From Nitrospirota bacterium (GTDB taxonomy: Bacteria > Nitrospirota > UBA9217), in contig CAWFSF010000002.1 of NCBI GenBank assembly GCA_963818475.1, positions 288,001-352,000 on the forward strand: DNA of 64,000 nucleotides, given 5' to 3'. The translations under genes were made by a program, and so were the position numbers. Of the stretch, positions 42,405 through 52,414 are shown in pieces. Numbering within the stretch: position 1 is the first letter of the stretch; every line of letters starts with the position of its first letter. The notes beneath the pieces were generated by a model, which saw nothing but the letters and a program-made list of their open reading frames with translations, was not told the DNA's origin and searched no databases.

Positions 42405-42722
42405 ATGAAAACCACAATAGCAAGAAAGACAGCATACATAGGGGCAGGTGCAGGACTGGTGTTGTTCGCTCTGTTCGGACTTTTACCCGGCAGCCTCTTA
42501 GGCGGCGCCATGGGGATCAATGTTGCGGGATGGCTCTTCGGGCTTCCGCTCGAACCGGGGCTTATCTCGCGGGCTATCGTTCTGGCCGGCATGCTCGTCG
42601 GCGTCCTGGTTGCCGGCATCGTTATCGTAACGGCAGGCACAACGGTCGGATGGCTCGTTGGCAGGCTTCTGGAAGGTTCTGCCCATGAGGAGCAGGCTCA
42701 CAAGGCCATGGGGCACCGGTAG
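42405..42722 (+). CDS. Small Gly-rich membrane protein
   Basis: RBS AGGAGG; YIGAGAGLVLFALFGLLPGSLLGG..GLPLEPGLISRAIV..GWLVG. Confidence 0.8.
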   Translation: MKTTIARKTAYIGAGAGLVLFALFGLLPGSLLGGAMGINVAGWLFGLPLEPGLISRAIVLAGMLVGVLVAGIVIVTAGTTVGWLVGRLLEGSAHEEQAHKAMGHR

Positions 42723-42805
42723 GGAGATCAGAAGTAAGAAGCAATATAACGGCAAATAGAGAAAATAAAACGATTTTCCAAATCTTGGAAAAGGAGGAAT
42801 TGGCC

Positions 42806-43153
42806 ATGAAGAACGAAACAGTAAAAGCGGGAATGAAGATCGGTGCAACGATCGGCGGGCTGGTGTTTTTGGTGGCGGGGATCGTTCCGGGATTCTACTT
42901 CGGCAGCTTCGGGACCCTGATCCTGCTCCAGAAGATCATGGGCGGAGCGGTAGAACCCACGCTCTTTGTGCGGGCGGCGATCGTGATGGGGATCGCCGTC
43001 GGGATCGCCTGTGCTGCCACGGTGAGCATCGTGGTCGGCGGGTTGCTCGGCACCGCAATGGGGTATATCATTTCAGCTCCGGCCGCTCGCCGGGAAAAGA
43101 AGGAGCTGCTGAGACCGCATAATAGAACGGGCAGCCTCTCACAGCAGCCCTGA
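42806..43153 (+). CDS. Small Gly-rich membrane protein, paralogue of the upstream gene
   Basis: RBS AGGAGG; IGATIGGLVFLVAGIVPGFYFG..GGAVEPTLFVRAAI..GYII; 3' end uncertain. Confidence 0.78.
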   Translation: MKNETVKAGMKIGATIGGLVFLVAGIVPGFYFGSFGTLILLQKIMGGAVEPTLFVRAAIVMGIAVGIACAATVSIVVGGLLGTAMGYIISAPAARREKKELLRPHNRTGSLSQQP

Positions 43154-43197
43154 TCATCCTTAACGAAGGCGGTGAGAAACTCACCGCCTCGTTGTAT

Positions 43198-44064
43198 TTA
43201 TGGCCTTCCTTCTTCAGCCCGCGGTTGAAGCTCTTCGTCCGCAGGCGCTTCTTTTGTTCCCGTGCCGGCCTTGTAGGTGTCCACCGTGCCCAGCTTCCAG
43301 GTATAGACCCTGCCGCAGGATTCGCAGGACGCTCCCGACAGCGCCTCTTTGCAGGACGGGCAATAGAGGATGAAGTGTTTGGAAAGCAGATATTCTTGAT
43401 CATCGAGGACCACCTGCCTGCCGCAGCATTTGAAGTCATGCGTAAGGTCGGTGCCGCAGACGCACCGCCGGTCAAGCGGCCAGGGCAGCATTTCTTCCAG
43501 GGTATAGATCGCCTCTCCCAGCAGGTCCACGAGCTCGTCATTGGTCGCATTGCCGAAAAAGGACTCGGTCAGCTTTTCGCGGATCGTGATCATCATTTCG
43601 TCTTCTTTGAGGAAGCGCAATATTTTGCGTATTCGCTGATCTCCCGTGCCGATCCTTGACAGGGCGCGCAGGTTCCTGTTCGCTTTATAGTGCTCCTGAA
43701 AGTAGATCAGCATCCATATCTGCGTCATGTCATAGAAAAATTCGAGCACGGGATAGTATCCGTATTTCTCCCTGATGCTCTTCTCCACCTCTCCCCGCTC
43801 CTCCGGAATGCGCGGGTAGACGGCGATCAGCAGCCCATTCTCAAAGTCCTCGTAAAAGAAGGGCGATCCGGAAAAATGACGGCACCCGCAGTGCGTACAT
43901 TCGATGATATTGAATTCCCATCGAAGCAGCGCCGGCTTCGCCTGCGGCGCGCGCGACACATCCACCCATGTAATGACCTTCGCCTGAAAGTCCTTCTCGC
44001 AGTGACCGCATTGAAAGGTCTCGACGCTGTATGCTTCTGCCTGATTGTTCAGCAGGTTGACCAT
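43198..44064 (-). CDS. CpXC-domain zinc-ribbon protein with additional C-terminal Cys clusters
   Basis: CGHCEKDF..ECTHCG..FFYED; C-terminal CVCG, CCG, CPSC, CESCG. Confidence 0.75.
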   Translation of the reverse strand: MVNLLNNQAEAYSVETFQCGHCEKDFQAKVITWVDVSRAPQAKPALLRWEFNIIECTHCGCRHFSGSPFFYEDFENGLLIAVYPRIPEERGEVEKSIREKYGYYPVLEFFYDMTQIWMLIYFQEHYKANRNLRALSRIGTGDQRIRKILRFLKEDEMMITIREKLTESFFGNATNDELVDLLGEAIYTLEEMLPWPLDRRCVCGTDLTHDFKCCGRQVVLDDQEYLLSKHFILYCPSCKEALSGASCESCGRVYTWKLGTVDTYKAGTGTKEAPADEELQPRAEEGRP

Positions 44065-44277
44065 GGTTTATTATACACCACTTTTTATAATCTTACTTTG
44101 GTAATTTACGTTGTTTATGGTACAATGCCGCCTGAAAAAAGCATTTTTCTGTACATTCAGCGCTGGTGGCGCGTCAGCCGATGATCCGACACTGGCACGC
44201 CGGCGGCTGAGATTTCGGAACCCGTGCACATTCCGGGGACGTGCGATCTTCACCAACAGGGAAAGGGGTTTTGCACC

Positions 44278-46545
44278 ATGCCGTTACCAGACGATTCAGT
44301 CATAACAACTGCGCTCCACTCGGAAGTCGAGAACCGCTTTTTGACCTATGCGCTCTCGACCATCGTGTCGCGTTCACTCCCTGATGTCAGGGACGGACTC
44401 AAGCCCGTCCACCGCCGGATCCTCTTTGCCATGTGGGAAATGGGACTCGGCCCGACCGCGCGGTTCAGAAAAAGCGCCGCCGTCGTCGGCGAGGTGCTCG
44501 GCAAATTCCACCCTCACGGCGACCAGGCGGCCTACGACGCCATGGTCAGGATGGCGCAGGACTTCTCGCTCCGCTATCCCCTGGTCGATGGTTCGGGAAA
44601 CTTCGGCAGCCTTGACGGCGACCCGGCTGCGGCCATGCGCTACACGGAGGCCCGCCTTTCGAAGATCGCCGAAGAGCTGCTGTTCGAGATCGACAAGGAT
44701 ACGGTCGGGTTCAAGCCGAACTATGACAACTCGCTCAAGGAGCCGCTGGTGCTCCCGGCCCGGTTCCCCCAGCTCCTCGTGAACGGCACCTCGGGCATCG
44801 CCGTGGGCATGAGCTGCTCCTTCCCGCCGCACAACATCGGCGAGGTGATCGACGGGCTGGCCGCTCTGATCGACAATGCGGACATCGAGACCAAGGACCT
44901 CCTCAAGTTCATCAAGGGGCCGGACTTTCCCACTGGCGGCCAGATCCTGAACACGAAGAAGGAACTGCGCGAGATCTACGAGGCAGGCTCCGGCGGCATC
45001 AGGACCCGCGGCGAGTACACGGTCGAGGACCTTCCTCGCGGCAAGCAGGCCATCGTCTTCACCTCCATCCCCTATCTGGTGAACAAGGCACGATTGCTTG
45101 AGAAGCTTATCGGCCTCATGGAAGACCGGAAACTGCCGCAGGTCACTACGGTCCGTGATGAATCGACCGGCGATGTGCGCATCGTACTCGAGCTCAAGGC
45201 AGAGACCAATGCCGAGCTCGTGACCGCTTACCTCTTCAAGCACACGGACCTGGAGTCGACCTTCCCCATCAATTTCACGGCGCTCAAGCCGAACATGGAG
45301 CCGGAACGCCTGTCGCTCAAGGCGATCATGCGCTACTTCCTGGACTTCCGGCACGAGATCACGACCAGGCGGCTTAATTTCGACCTTCGCCTGCTCAAGG
45401 CGCGGCTCCACATCCTCGCGGCATTTGAGGCGCTCTACGACGACCTCGACACGGCGATCAAGCTCATCCGCAAGGCAAAGTCGCGCGAAGACGCGGCGGA
45501 GAAGCTCAAAAAGCACTTCAAGCTCGACGATGACCAGGTGAAGGCCATCCTCGACATGCAGCTCTACAAACTCGTCGGCCTCGAGATCGACCGCATCCTC
45601 AAGGAAAAGGCTGAGAAGACCAAGCTGCGCAAGGACATCGAAGCCATCCTCGCAAGCCAGAAAAAGATCTGGGGCCTGATCAGGACCGAGCTGCTCGAGA
45701 TCAAGGAAAAGTACGGCGACAAGCGCAAATCCGTCATGAAGGCCGCCGATGACGTTGAGTTCTCGCAGGACGACTTCGTCGTCCATGAGGACGTCACCGT
45801 GATCCTGACGAAGATGGGCTGGATCAGGCGCGTCAAGACCGTGGGAGAGAATCTCCGGTTCAAGGAAGGCGATGCGCTGCTGGCGCTGCTGCCGGCGAAC
45901 ACCCGGGACAATATCGCCATATTCTCGTCAGCCGGCAAGGTCTATGTGAACAAGGCCTTCGACCTGCCGACCGGCTCCGGGTTCGGCGAACCCGTGCAGC
46001 ATCTGTTCAAGTTCGGAGACGGCGAACGGCCGATCATGGCCATGAACCTCACGACCGTCCTGTCCGGCGGCGCAGCTGCGGCGGACGGAGGTGTTGCAGA
46101 CAAGCAGGCCGAGCTCACGCTCACCGGCGGGAGCGCACTGGCACTGACCGTCTCGGCCAAGGGAGTAGGCTTCCAGTTCGACCTCGCGCAGTTCAACAGC
46201 ATCACGACCCGGGCAGGCAAGAAGTTCGCCGGTGTAAAGGAAGGCGACAGCATCCTGGGCGTGGACCTCATCGACCTTCCTAATGTGCTGTTCCTCACGT
46301 CTGAGGGCAGGGCGGTCGTGCTCGCGGCAAAGGACATCCCCACCCTCACCGGCGCAGGCAAGGGCGTGAAGCTCGTGAACGTGAAGAACGGCGACGTTGT
46401 TCTGTTCAAGGCTGTCCGCAAGAACGAGCAGGTGAAGGTGATCGACGAGAAGGAAAAGGAAAAGGTGATCGACCTGAAGTCTTACGGCGTCATGACCCGC
46501 GGCGCGGTCGGCATGAAAGCGTTGAAGGCGATACGATTCGCCTGA
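44278..46545 (+). CDS. parC: Type IIA topoisomerase A subunit, ParC-like (no GyrA box)
   Basis: [52 protein letters not shown]; no QxRGGKG motif at the start of a short CTD. Confidence 0.8.
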   Translation: MPLPDDSVITTALHSEVENRFLTYALSTIVSRSLPDVRDGLKPVHRRILFAMWEMGLGPTARFRKSAAVVGEVLGKFHPHGDQAAYDAMVRMAQDFSLRYPLVDGSGNFGSLDGDPAAAMRYTEARLSKIAEELLFEIDKDTVGFKPNYDNSLKEPLVLPARFPQLLVNGTSGIAVGMSCSFPPHNIGEVIDGLAALIDNADIETKDLLKFIKGPDFPTGGQILNTKKELREIYEAGSGGIRTRGEYTVEDLPRGKQAIVFTSIPYLVNKARLLEKLIGLMEDRKLPQVTTVRDESTGDVRIVLELKAETNAELVTAYLFKHTDLESTFPINFTALKPNMEPERLSLKAIMRYFLDFRHEITTRRLNFDLRLLKARLHILAAFEALYDDLDTAIKLIRKAKSREDAAEKLKKHFKLDDDQVKAILDMQLYKLVGLEIDRILKEKAEKTKLRKDIEAILASQKKIWGLIRTELLEIKEKYGDKRKSVMKAADDVEFSQDDFVVHEDVTVILTKMGWIRRVKTVGENLRFKEGDALLALLPANTRDNIAIFSSAGKVYVNKAFDLPTGSGFGEPVQHLFKFGDGERPIMAMNLTTVLSGGAAAADGGVADKQAELTLTGGSALALTVSAKGVGFQFDLAQFNSITTRAGKKFAGVKEGDSILGVDLIDLPNVLFLTSEGRAVVLAAKDIPTLTGAGKGVKLVNVKNGDVVLFKAVRKNEQVKVIDEKEKEKVIDLKSYGVMTRGAVGMKALKAIRFA

Positions 46546-46574
46546 CACGACCTGGAATCTTCTGCACGAACAAG

Positions 46575-46615
46575 AACGGCGGGGCAATCAATTCGATTGC
46601 TCCGCCGTTTTTTTT
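46575..46615 (+). terminator. Intrinsic terminator
   Basis: aacggcggggcaatc-aattc-gattgctccgccgtt-tttttt. Confidence 0.85.
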
Positions 46616-46631
46616 CATCCTGAAAGAGCTT

Positions 46632-46760
46632 TTTGGACACGGATAAATTCGGATAAAAATCGGATAACGGCGGATTTGTTTGTCGGGAGATTACCTAAAA
46701 GATAATGCTTTGGGTTTATCCGCCCTTATCCGATCTTTATCCGCTTCTTCCGTGTCCAAA
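46632..46760. repeat. Dispersed element with TTTGGACACGGA terminal inverted repeat
   Basis: 12-bp perfect TIR, internal CGGATAA units; homologous to 62404-62572 and 49841-49930. Confidence 0.8.
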
Positions 46761-46773
46761 TGTTTTTTCAGGT

Positions 46774-47280
46774 TTAGTGGTATGACGACACTCCAATGCC
46801 GATGCCGAAAGAAACGCGGGACCCTGAAGAAGGCTCCCACAAATGCAGGCTTTTCGCAGACACCAGGGGATAGTCGTACTCGACCTCGCCAAGCGGCAGG
46901 ACCTTCCGACCCGACACCTCACCGATGACGGTCAGTTCCCTGCCCGCATGATACACCGCAGCATCCAGAAATTCTTCAGCCACGACAAGCAGGCGCCCTT
47001 CCGTGACGTCCGTCTGGAGCGGCCGCCCCGATCTGTCCAGCGGCCTCTGAAGCAGCTCGATCACGGTGCCCTCTTTCGTGTTCTTTGCTGCCACGATCGT
47101 GCCGCCGAGCATCACCCACGCGCCCTTGTATTTGTCGGGGTTCTTATGCAGCTCCTTAAAAGAAAGGTTCCTGTCCACGCGATCCAGCATCTGCTGCGGA
47201 AAAGGCGGCGCGCAAGCGCCGGCCAGCAGCAATGTGAGCAGAGCGCAGAATACCAGGCGTTTTTTTTCGCATGCATTCAT
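46774..47280 (-). CDS. Slp family outer-membrane lipoprotein
   Basis: Lipobox AGAC; VMLGGTIV, ELLQRPLD..GRP, EGRLLV, FLDAAVY, GRELTVIG, YDYP. Confidence 0.9.
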   Translation of the reverse strand: MNACEKKRLVFCALLTLLLAGACAPPFPQQMLDRVDRNLSFKELHKNPDKYKGAWVMLGGTIVAAKNTKEGTVIELLQRPLDRSGRPLQTDVTEGRLLVVAEEFLDAAVYHAGRELTVIGEVSGRKVLPLGEVEYDYPLVSAKSLHLWEPSSGSRVSFGIGIGVSSYH

Positions 47281-47333
47281 ATCGCATCACCTCTCCGAAG
47301 CGAGGGCGGCCCGGCCTGACAGGCCGGGAACGA

Positions 47334-47840
47334 CTACTGAGTTCGCACGGACCCGTAGGGATCGTACAGCGGATCGAACCATTGGGGACCGGTCCGGACC
47401 GAGCGATCATCCTCCCACAGTTTCAGCTCCTTTGACACTAAGAGCGGAAGGCGGAGGCCCTGATCTGCCAGCGCCGTCACCTCGGTGCCGTCGACGATTG
47501 CGGCGGCAGTGATCTCCCGGCCTGGAGCGTAGAGCAGGGTATTGAGGTGCGCCGGATGGGACAGCAGGAACCGTCCGCTCGTTTCATCGGTGCGCTTGGG
47601 GCGGCCCCAGTAGTCAAGGCTGCGCTCCACGACCTCGAGCAGGGTGCCGTGATCCGTGCTGTTGACCTGAGCGATCGTTCCGCCGATGATCACGAGCTTC
47701 CCCTGGTACAGCTCCAGGTCCTGCCTGATTTCGCGCAACGAAACTGTCCTATCGGCCTGACGGACATACTCCGGCGAGATGGCATAGGTGCAACCGTGGA
47801 AGAACAAGGCAAGGCTTATGGCGAGAATGGTATTTTTCAT
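47334..47840 (-). CDS. Slp family outer-membrane lipoprotein (tandem paralogue)
   Basis: Lipobox FHGC; IIGGTI, LDYWGRP, SGRFLL, YAPGREIT. Confidence 0.85.
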   Translation of the reverse strand: MKNTILAISLALFFHGCTYAISPEYVRQADRTVSLREIRQDLELYQGKLVIIGGTIAQVNSTDHGTLLEVVERSLDYWGRPKRTDETSGRFLLSHPAHLNTLLYAPGREITAAAIVDGTEVTALADQGLRLPLLVSKELKLWEDDRSVRTGPQWFDPLYDPYGSVRTQ

Positions 47841-47911
47841 GGCAGCCGCACATCTCCCTGCGGATCCCACCCGGGAAGTACAGTCCGGCCACACACCCGA
47901 TGCCGGGAGCA

Positions 47912-48169
47912 TCAGGCCTGCGGTTCAGCTTCCTTCTCTATTTTTTTACGCACGTGATCGGGAATATCGATCCCGCTGAGATCGAAGTTCCCCAGCTCCC
48001 GGGCCAGCAGGCTGATCTTGTCGATATTCTGGAGATACTTGTTAATAATGATCCTGCGGGTCTCCATCACCCGGCATGACCCTCCCTTTGACGTTTTCAG
48101 ATCGTCATAGGTCACTTTGATGGAAAGGGCCTTGGCCACGTTTTCGAGATCCACGAGCGTAATTTTCAT
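47912..48169 (-). CDS. Hypothetical protein (85 aa)
   Basis: Protein-like composition (LENVAKALSIKVTYD..GGSCRV..IIINK..LARELG), co-oriented with the Slp genes. Confidence 0.65.
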   Translation of the reverse strand: MKITLVDLENVAKALSIKVTYDDLKTSKGGSCRVMETRRIIINKYLQNIDKISLLARELGNFDLSGIDIPDHVRKKIEKEAEPQA

Positions 48170-48306
48170 AGTGTTGTCTTAAGTATAGCAGATTGCCGGA
48201 GGGGTATGGCCGATCGCCGTCCCTCCGGCGCGACCGGGAACGATGCCGCCGATGCTGCATGCAGCAGTGAAGAAGGACCGCCGCACAGGAGCGGTCCCAG
48301 AGGTGC

Positions 48307-48432
48307 TTACACTTCTTCCTTATGAACTTCGAGAATGCTCACGACATTGATGTTCGCGTCCTTGAGCGCCTTTTGCACATCAGCAAGTTTTGCGTCCTGT
48401 ACTTTCAGAATGAAATTCGATTTCGTAGCCAT
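48307..48432 (-). CDS. Small 41-aa protein not in the ORF track
   Basis: AGGAGG RBS, then MATKSNFILKVQDAKLADVQKALKDANINVVSILEVHKEEV*; hairpin ggaccgc..gcggtcc downstream. Confidence 0.7.
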   Translation of the reverse strand: MATKSNFILKVQDAKLADVQKALKDANINVVSILEVHKEEV

Positions 48433-48732
48433 GGTCTTGCCTCCTGATCAGTATGGTTACCCTGCGATGCTTCGCTGAGTGCGATAAATTAACACAAACC
48501 AAACGTTCAAGTCAACCTCGAAAACCAGAACGAACGTCGCGAGCCTGGCAACACAGCAATGACCGTGCTCCACCGCATTACCCTGAAATTACCCCGAAAA
48601 TACCCCATAATTCGCTAAAATTTTTCTTGCTATTTTACAGGAGACTGTTTATACTTCCCTCGAAAAACAGGATCACTCTGCCTTTGGGCAGCGGACTATT
48701 CTCGTTACCATTTCATTTTAAGGAGGAAGTTT

Positions 48733-49020
48733 ATGGCAAAAGCAATGACGAAGTCACAGATTGCAGATCACATCGCGAAGAAGGCAGACATCAAGAAGAA
48801 GCTGGCAGTCCAGATTCTCGAAGATATGGCAGCACTCGCCTACAAGGAAGCAAAAAATTCCTTCACCCTTCCCGGCCTCGGCAAGCTTGTTCTCGTACAA
48901 CGCAAGGCACGCATGGGCAGAAACCCCCAGACCGGCGCAGCCATCAAGATCCCGGCAAAGAAAGTCGTGAAGTTCCGCGTAGCCAAGGCGGCAAAAGAAG
49001 CGATCCTCGGCAAGAAGTAG
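48733..49020 (+). CDS. hup: HU family DNA-binding protein
   Basis: MTKSQI, LPGLGKL, RKARMGRNPQTG..IKIPAKKVVKFR. Confidence 0.95.
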   Translation: MAKAMTKSQIADHIAKKADIKKKLAVQILEDMAALAYKEAKNSFTLPGLGKLVLVQRKARMGRNPQTGAAIKIPAKKVVKFRVAKAAKEAILGKK

Positions 49021-49045
49021 GTTCTGCCGCAGATATACAAACATA

Positions 49046-49079
49046 CAAAAGGCATTCCGGATTTCCGGAATGCCTTTTG
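49046..49079 (+). terminator. Intrinsic terminator after hup
   Basis: caaaaggcattccgga-tt-tccggaatgccttttg. Confidence 0.85.
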
Positions 49080-49132
49080 CGTCTCCCCGGCATCACAGCA
49101 CAGGACGAAAGCGCTGACGAATCTCGAAATCT

Positions 49133-49836
49133 ATGGACTATCATTCTTTTCATACTCTATCCCCTTTCCCTGGTACGGCCGCGCTTCATGCTGCCGGCCC
49201 TCGCGTTCCATGCGTTCCTCATCGTGGCTTCGGCGCTGCAGTTCGGAAGAATACCGCTGATCGGCATGCACGACACGCTCGGTTTTCTTGCTTTTGCCAT
49301 CGGTGTTGTGTACGTCATTGCCGCATGGAACCGCGAACGCGATCTCTTCTCCTACCTGACAACACCGCTTATCTGCTCTTCCTCGCCGGGTCTGCGGTCT
49401 CGCCGCCCGTGACCGACGGGATGCCGCCGGTGCTCAAGACCATCTGGTTCGAGCTCCATGTGATCCTGTCGTTCGTCTCGTATGCGCTCTTCGCCGTCGG
49501 CGCGGTCTTCGGCCTGCTCGATCGCTGTACGGAAATGACGTCCATGCGGAGAGCAACCAGTACCGGAGCCTGCTGCTCGGCTACGTGCTCTTTTCCATTG
49601 CCATGATCTTCGGCGGCATCTGGGCGTTCCTCGCCTGGGGCACCTACTGGCTCTGGACGCCGAAGGAGCTCTGGACCACCATCGTCTGGTTCTTCTACAG
49701 CCTCTATCTCCATGCACGGCTGGTGCGCGGCTGGTCAGGCCCGAAGGTCGTCTGGATGGGCATTATCGGATTTGTGATCGTGCTGTTCACCTATGCGGGC
49801 GTGGGGCTTCTGATGAAAAGCTCGCATGAATTCTAG
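49133..49836 (+). CDS. ccsA: Cytochrome c biogenesis protein CcsA/ResC (system II), compact, frameshifted
   Basis: PVLKTIWFELHV, GGIWAFLAWGTYWLWTPKELW, YLHARL, SSHEF; start uncertain. Confidence 0.85.
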
Positions 49837-49840
49837 CTTT

Positions 49841-49930
49841 TTTGGACACGGATGAACATGGAAACTTCGGATTAAAGAATGAAGGGCGCATCGAAGTTTT
49901 GATCCGCTTCTTCCGCGAAAGTCCGTGTCC
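49841..49930. repeat. Shorter copy of the GGACACGGA inverted-repeat element
   Basis: tttggacacggatgaacatggaaacttcggatt ... atccgcttcttccgcgaaagtccgtgtcc. Confidence 0.7.
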
Positions 49931-49945
49931 CCTTGCATCTTAATT

Positions 49946-50664
49946 ATGAAAAACTTCTTTCTCTCACTCAAGACAACGGTCTGGACCCTGCTCGGGCTGG
50001 TCATCCTTTTTTTCATCGGCTCCTACATGATGCCGATGCACCGGGAAGTATTTTCGTCCATGAACGACAGCCTCCTGTTCGATTGGGTAAAAGGCGTTGC
50101 GTTCCGGAACCTCTGGCAGACCTGGTGGTTCTTCGCCGCCCTGGCCGGGCTCATCCTGCTCACCATCAACACCATCGTCTGCAGCCTCCAGGCGATCCAG
50201 GGAAAATGGTCGCGCGCGGACTTTCTCCTCCGCATCTCGCCGCAGATCATTCACATCGGGTTTCTGTTCATCCTGCTGGCGCATTTGCTTGGATCGGGCT
50301 GGGGATACAAACTTTCCGGCATGATGCCTGAAGGTGGATTCGCGCGCTTGCCTGAGGACAGAGCGTTGGCCCTGCAAAGTGTTGTCGCGCAAACAGATCC
50401 TGCCGGATACATGCAGGACTGGTCTGCCGAGGTTTCTTTGTATGAGAACAATGAGGTCGTGAAGCGCGGAACGCTCGGCCCGAACAAGCCGCTTTTCTAC
50501 AAGGGCGTCGGCGTCTATCTCAAGAGCCTCGATTTTGAACGAGGTCCGGCCGCTCGTGCTCATGGTCAACAAGGACCCCGGCGCGATCTGGGCGCTGGTC
50601 GGCAGCGTGCTGTTCATGCTGGGGTCGATCATCCCTGCTTGCCCTCAAGTGGAAAAAGGCGTAG
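49946..50664 (+). CDS. Short ResB/CcsB-like cytochrome c biogenesis protein (frameshifts at 3' end)
   Basis: FFLSLKTTVW, TWWF..LTINTIVCS, IIHIGFLFIL, PNKPLFYKG, KDPGAIWALVG; follows ccsA. Confidence 0.78.
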
Positions 50665-50819
50665 AGCTACAACGGAAACACGGAGGAAGTACTAAACTAG
50701 AGCATGAAACTCCAAAAGCAGAAAAAATATCAGATGTTATTTAATTTACACCTTGCCTGTCGACTTTTTTTCTTTTTGAATTTCTCCGTGCCTCCGTGCC
50801 TCCGTGGTAAGAAAACCTT

Positions 50820-51879
50820 ATGAAAAAACGTGTTCTCGTAGCCATGAGCGGAGGCGTCGACAGCTCCGTAACAGCAGCTCTGCTCTTACAACAGGGTATG
50901 GTTGTCGAAGGCGTCACCATGAAGCTGACCGCAGGCTTGTGCTGCGACATCGGCTCTGCACAGGCCGTGTGCCGGCATCTTGGCATTCCGCACCGCATGA
51001 TCGATGCGCAGGCATCGTTCGAACAGAACGTTGTGCAGGATTTTATCTGCTGAATACCGCATCGGCCGCACGCCCAATCCCTGCATCAGGTGCAACGACC
51101 TCATCAAGTTCCAGCTGCTCCTTTCCTACGCCCGCGAACAAGGTTTTGATGCGCTCGCCACGGGCCACTATGCCCGCGTTGAACAGGATGCGGCCTCCTC
51201 CCGTTTTCTGCTCAAAAAAGGCATTGACCCTGGCAAGGACCAGAGTTACTTCCTGTACCGTCTGACGCAGGACCAGCTCCGGAGCGTGCTTTTCCCGCTC
51301 GGCGAAATGCACAAGGCCGACGTTCGCGATCTCGCGCGCAAGCTTAATCTCCCTGCTGCCGAACGTCCGGAGAGCCAGGAGATCTGCTTTGTGCCGAATG
51401 ATGATTATCGCGCTTTTTTGAAAGAGCACGCGCCTGCTCTGCTTCGACCGGGAGAGATGGTCATGACCGATGGAAGGGTGGTCGGCAAACATGACGGCAT
51501 CGCCCTGTTCACCGTGGGACAGCGCAGAAAGCTCGGTGTTGCCGCAGGCGAACGGCTTTATGTGGTGCGGATCGAACCTGAAACGAACAGGGTCGTGCTC
51601 GGAAAGCTATCAGAACTGCAGACCAGTGAAATGATTGTTGGAAACTCCAGTTGGATCGTTATGCATGACCTCTCTGCACCCATTGAAGCAACGGTCAAGA
51701 TACGATACCGCTCTCCTTTTGTTCCGGCAGTCATTCAGCCGTTTGACAAGAAGGCGCTCCGCGTCATATTTAAACAGCCCGTTCCCGGCGTTTGCCCGGG
51801 TCAATCTGCTGTTTTTTATGACAACGATATCGTTATCGGCGGCGGAACAATAGAGCCGACACCCGCCATGAACCAATAG
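50820..51879 (+). CDS. mnmA: tRNA 2-thiouridylase (frameshift near 51050)
   Basis: VAMSGGVDSS, RTPNPCIRCN, ATGHYA, KDQSYFL, ESQEICF, TVGQRR, PGQSAVFY. Confidence 0.96.
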
Positions 51880-51996
51880 TGAGGACGCACTCTCTTCTCC
51901 GCGCTTTCTCACGCGCAATATCAAACTCATCCGATGTCTATCCTGCGCAGAACATTTTATCAAGCCTCCCTATAAGGATGACTAGCTACATCTGCC

Positions 51997-52030
51997 TTGA
52001 CAAGCGTTATTCCCTGCGATATATTACGCT
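51997..52030 (+). promoter_or_regulatory. Sigma-70 promoter overlapped by a ModE-like palindrome
   Basis: TTGACA (51997)-N17-TATATT (52020); agcgttat...attacgct inverted repeat 52003-52030. Confidence 0.65.
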
Positions 52031-52398
52031 ATGCACACAAATCGACTTCTCGAAAAAAAGTCAGCACGCCGGTCGTTCGCGGCCGCATCTGGATCGACGG
52101 CCCGGAGGGCACATTCTTTGGCCACGGGCGCGCGGTCCTGCTCGAACGGATCATTGAACATGGCTCGATCACCAAAGCCGCCAAGTCTATGGACATGGCC
52201 TATCGCCACGCTTGGGACTTGGTGGATTCAATGAACCGGCAGCACAAGGAGCCCTTTGTGGAAGTCTCCACCGGAGGAAAAGGAGGTGGCGGCGCGCGGG
52301 TGACCAAAGCTGGAGAACGGGCGATCAAGACATTCTGGCGGTTCCATAAGGACCTCCAGGCATTTTTGATTCGGGAACAGAAGAAACTCAAAATCTAG
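52031..52398 (+). CDS. modE: Short ModE-family winged-helix regulator (indel near 5' end)
   Basis: RIWID..FFGHGRAVLLERI..GSITKAAKSMDMAYRHAWDLV..GGKGGGGARVT. Confidence 0.85.
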
Positions 52399-52414
52399 CA
52401 ACAAAGGAGATTCA

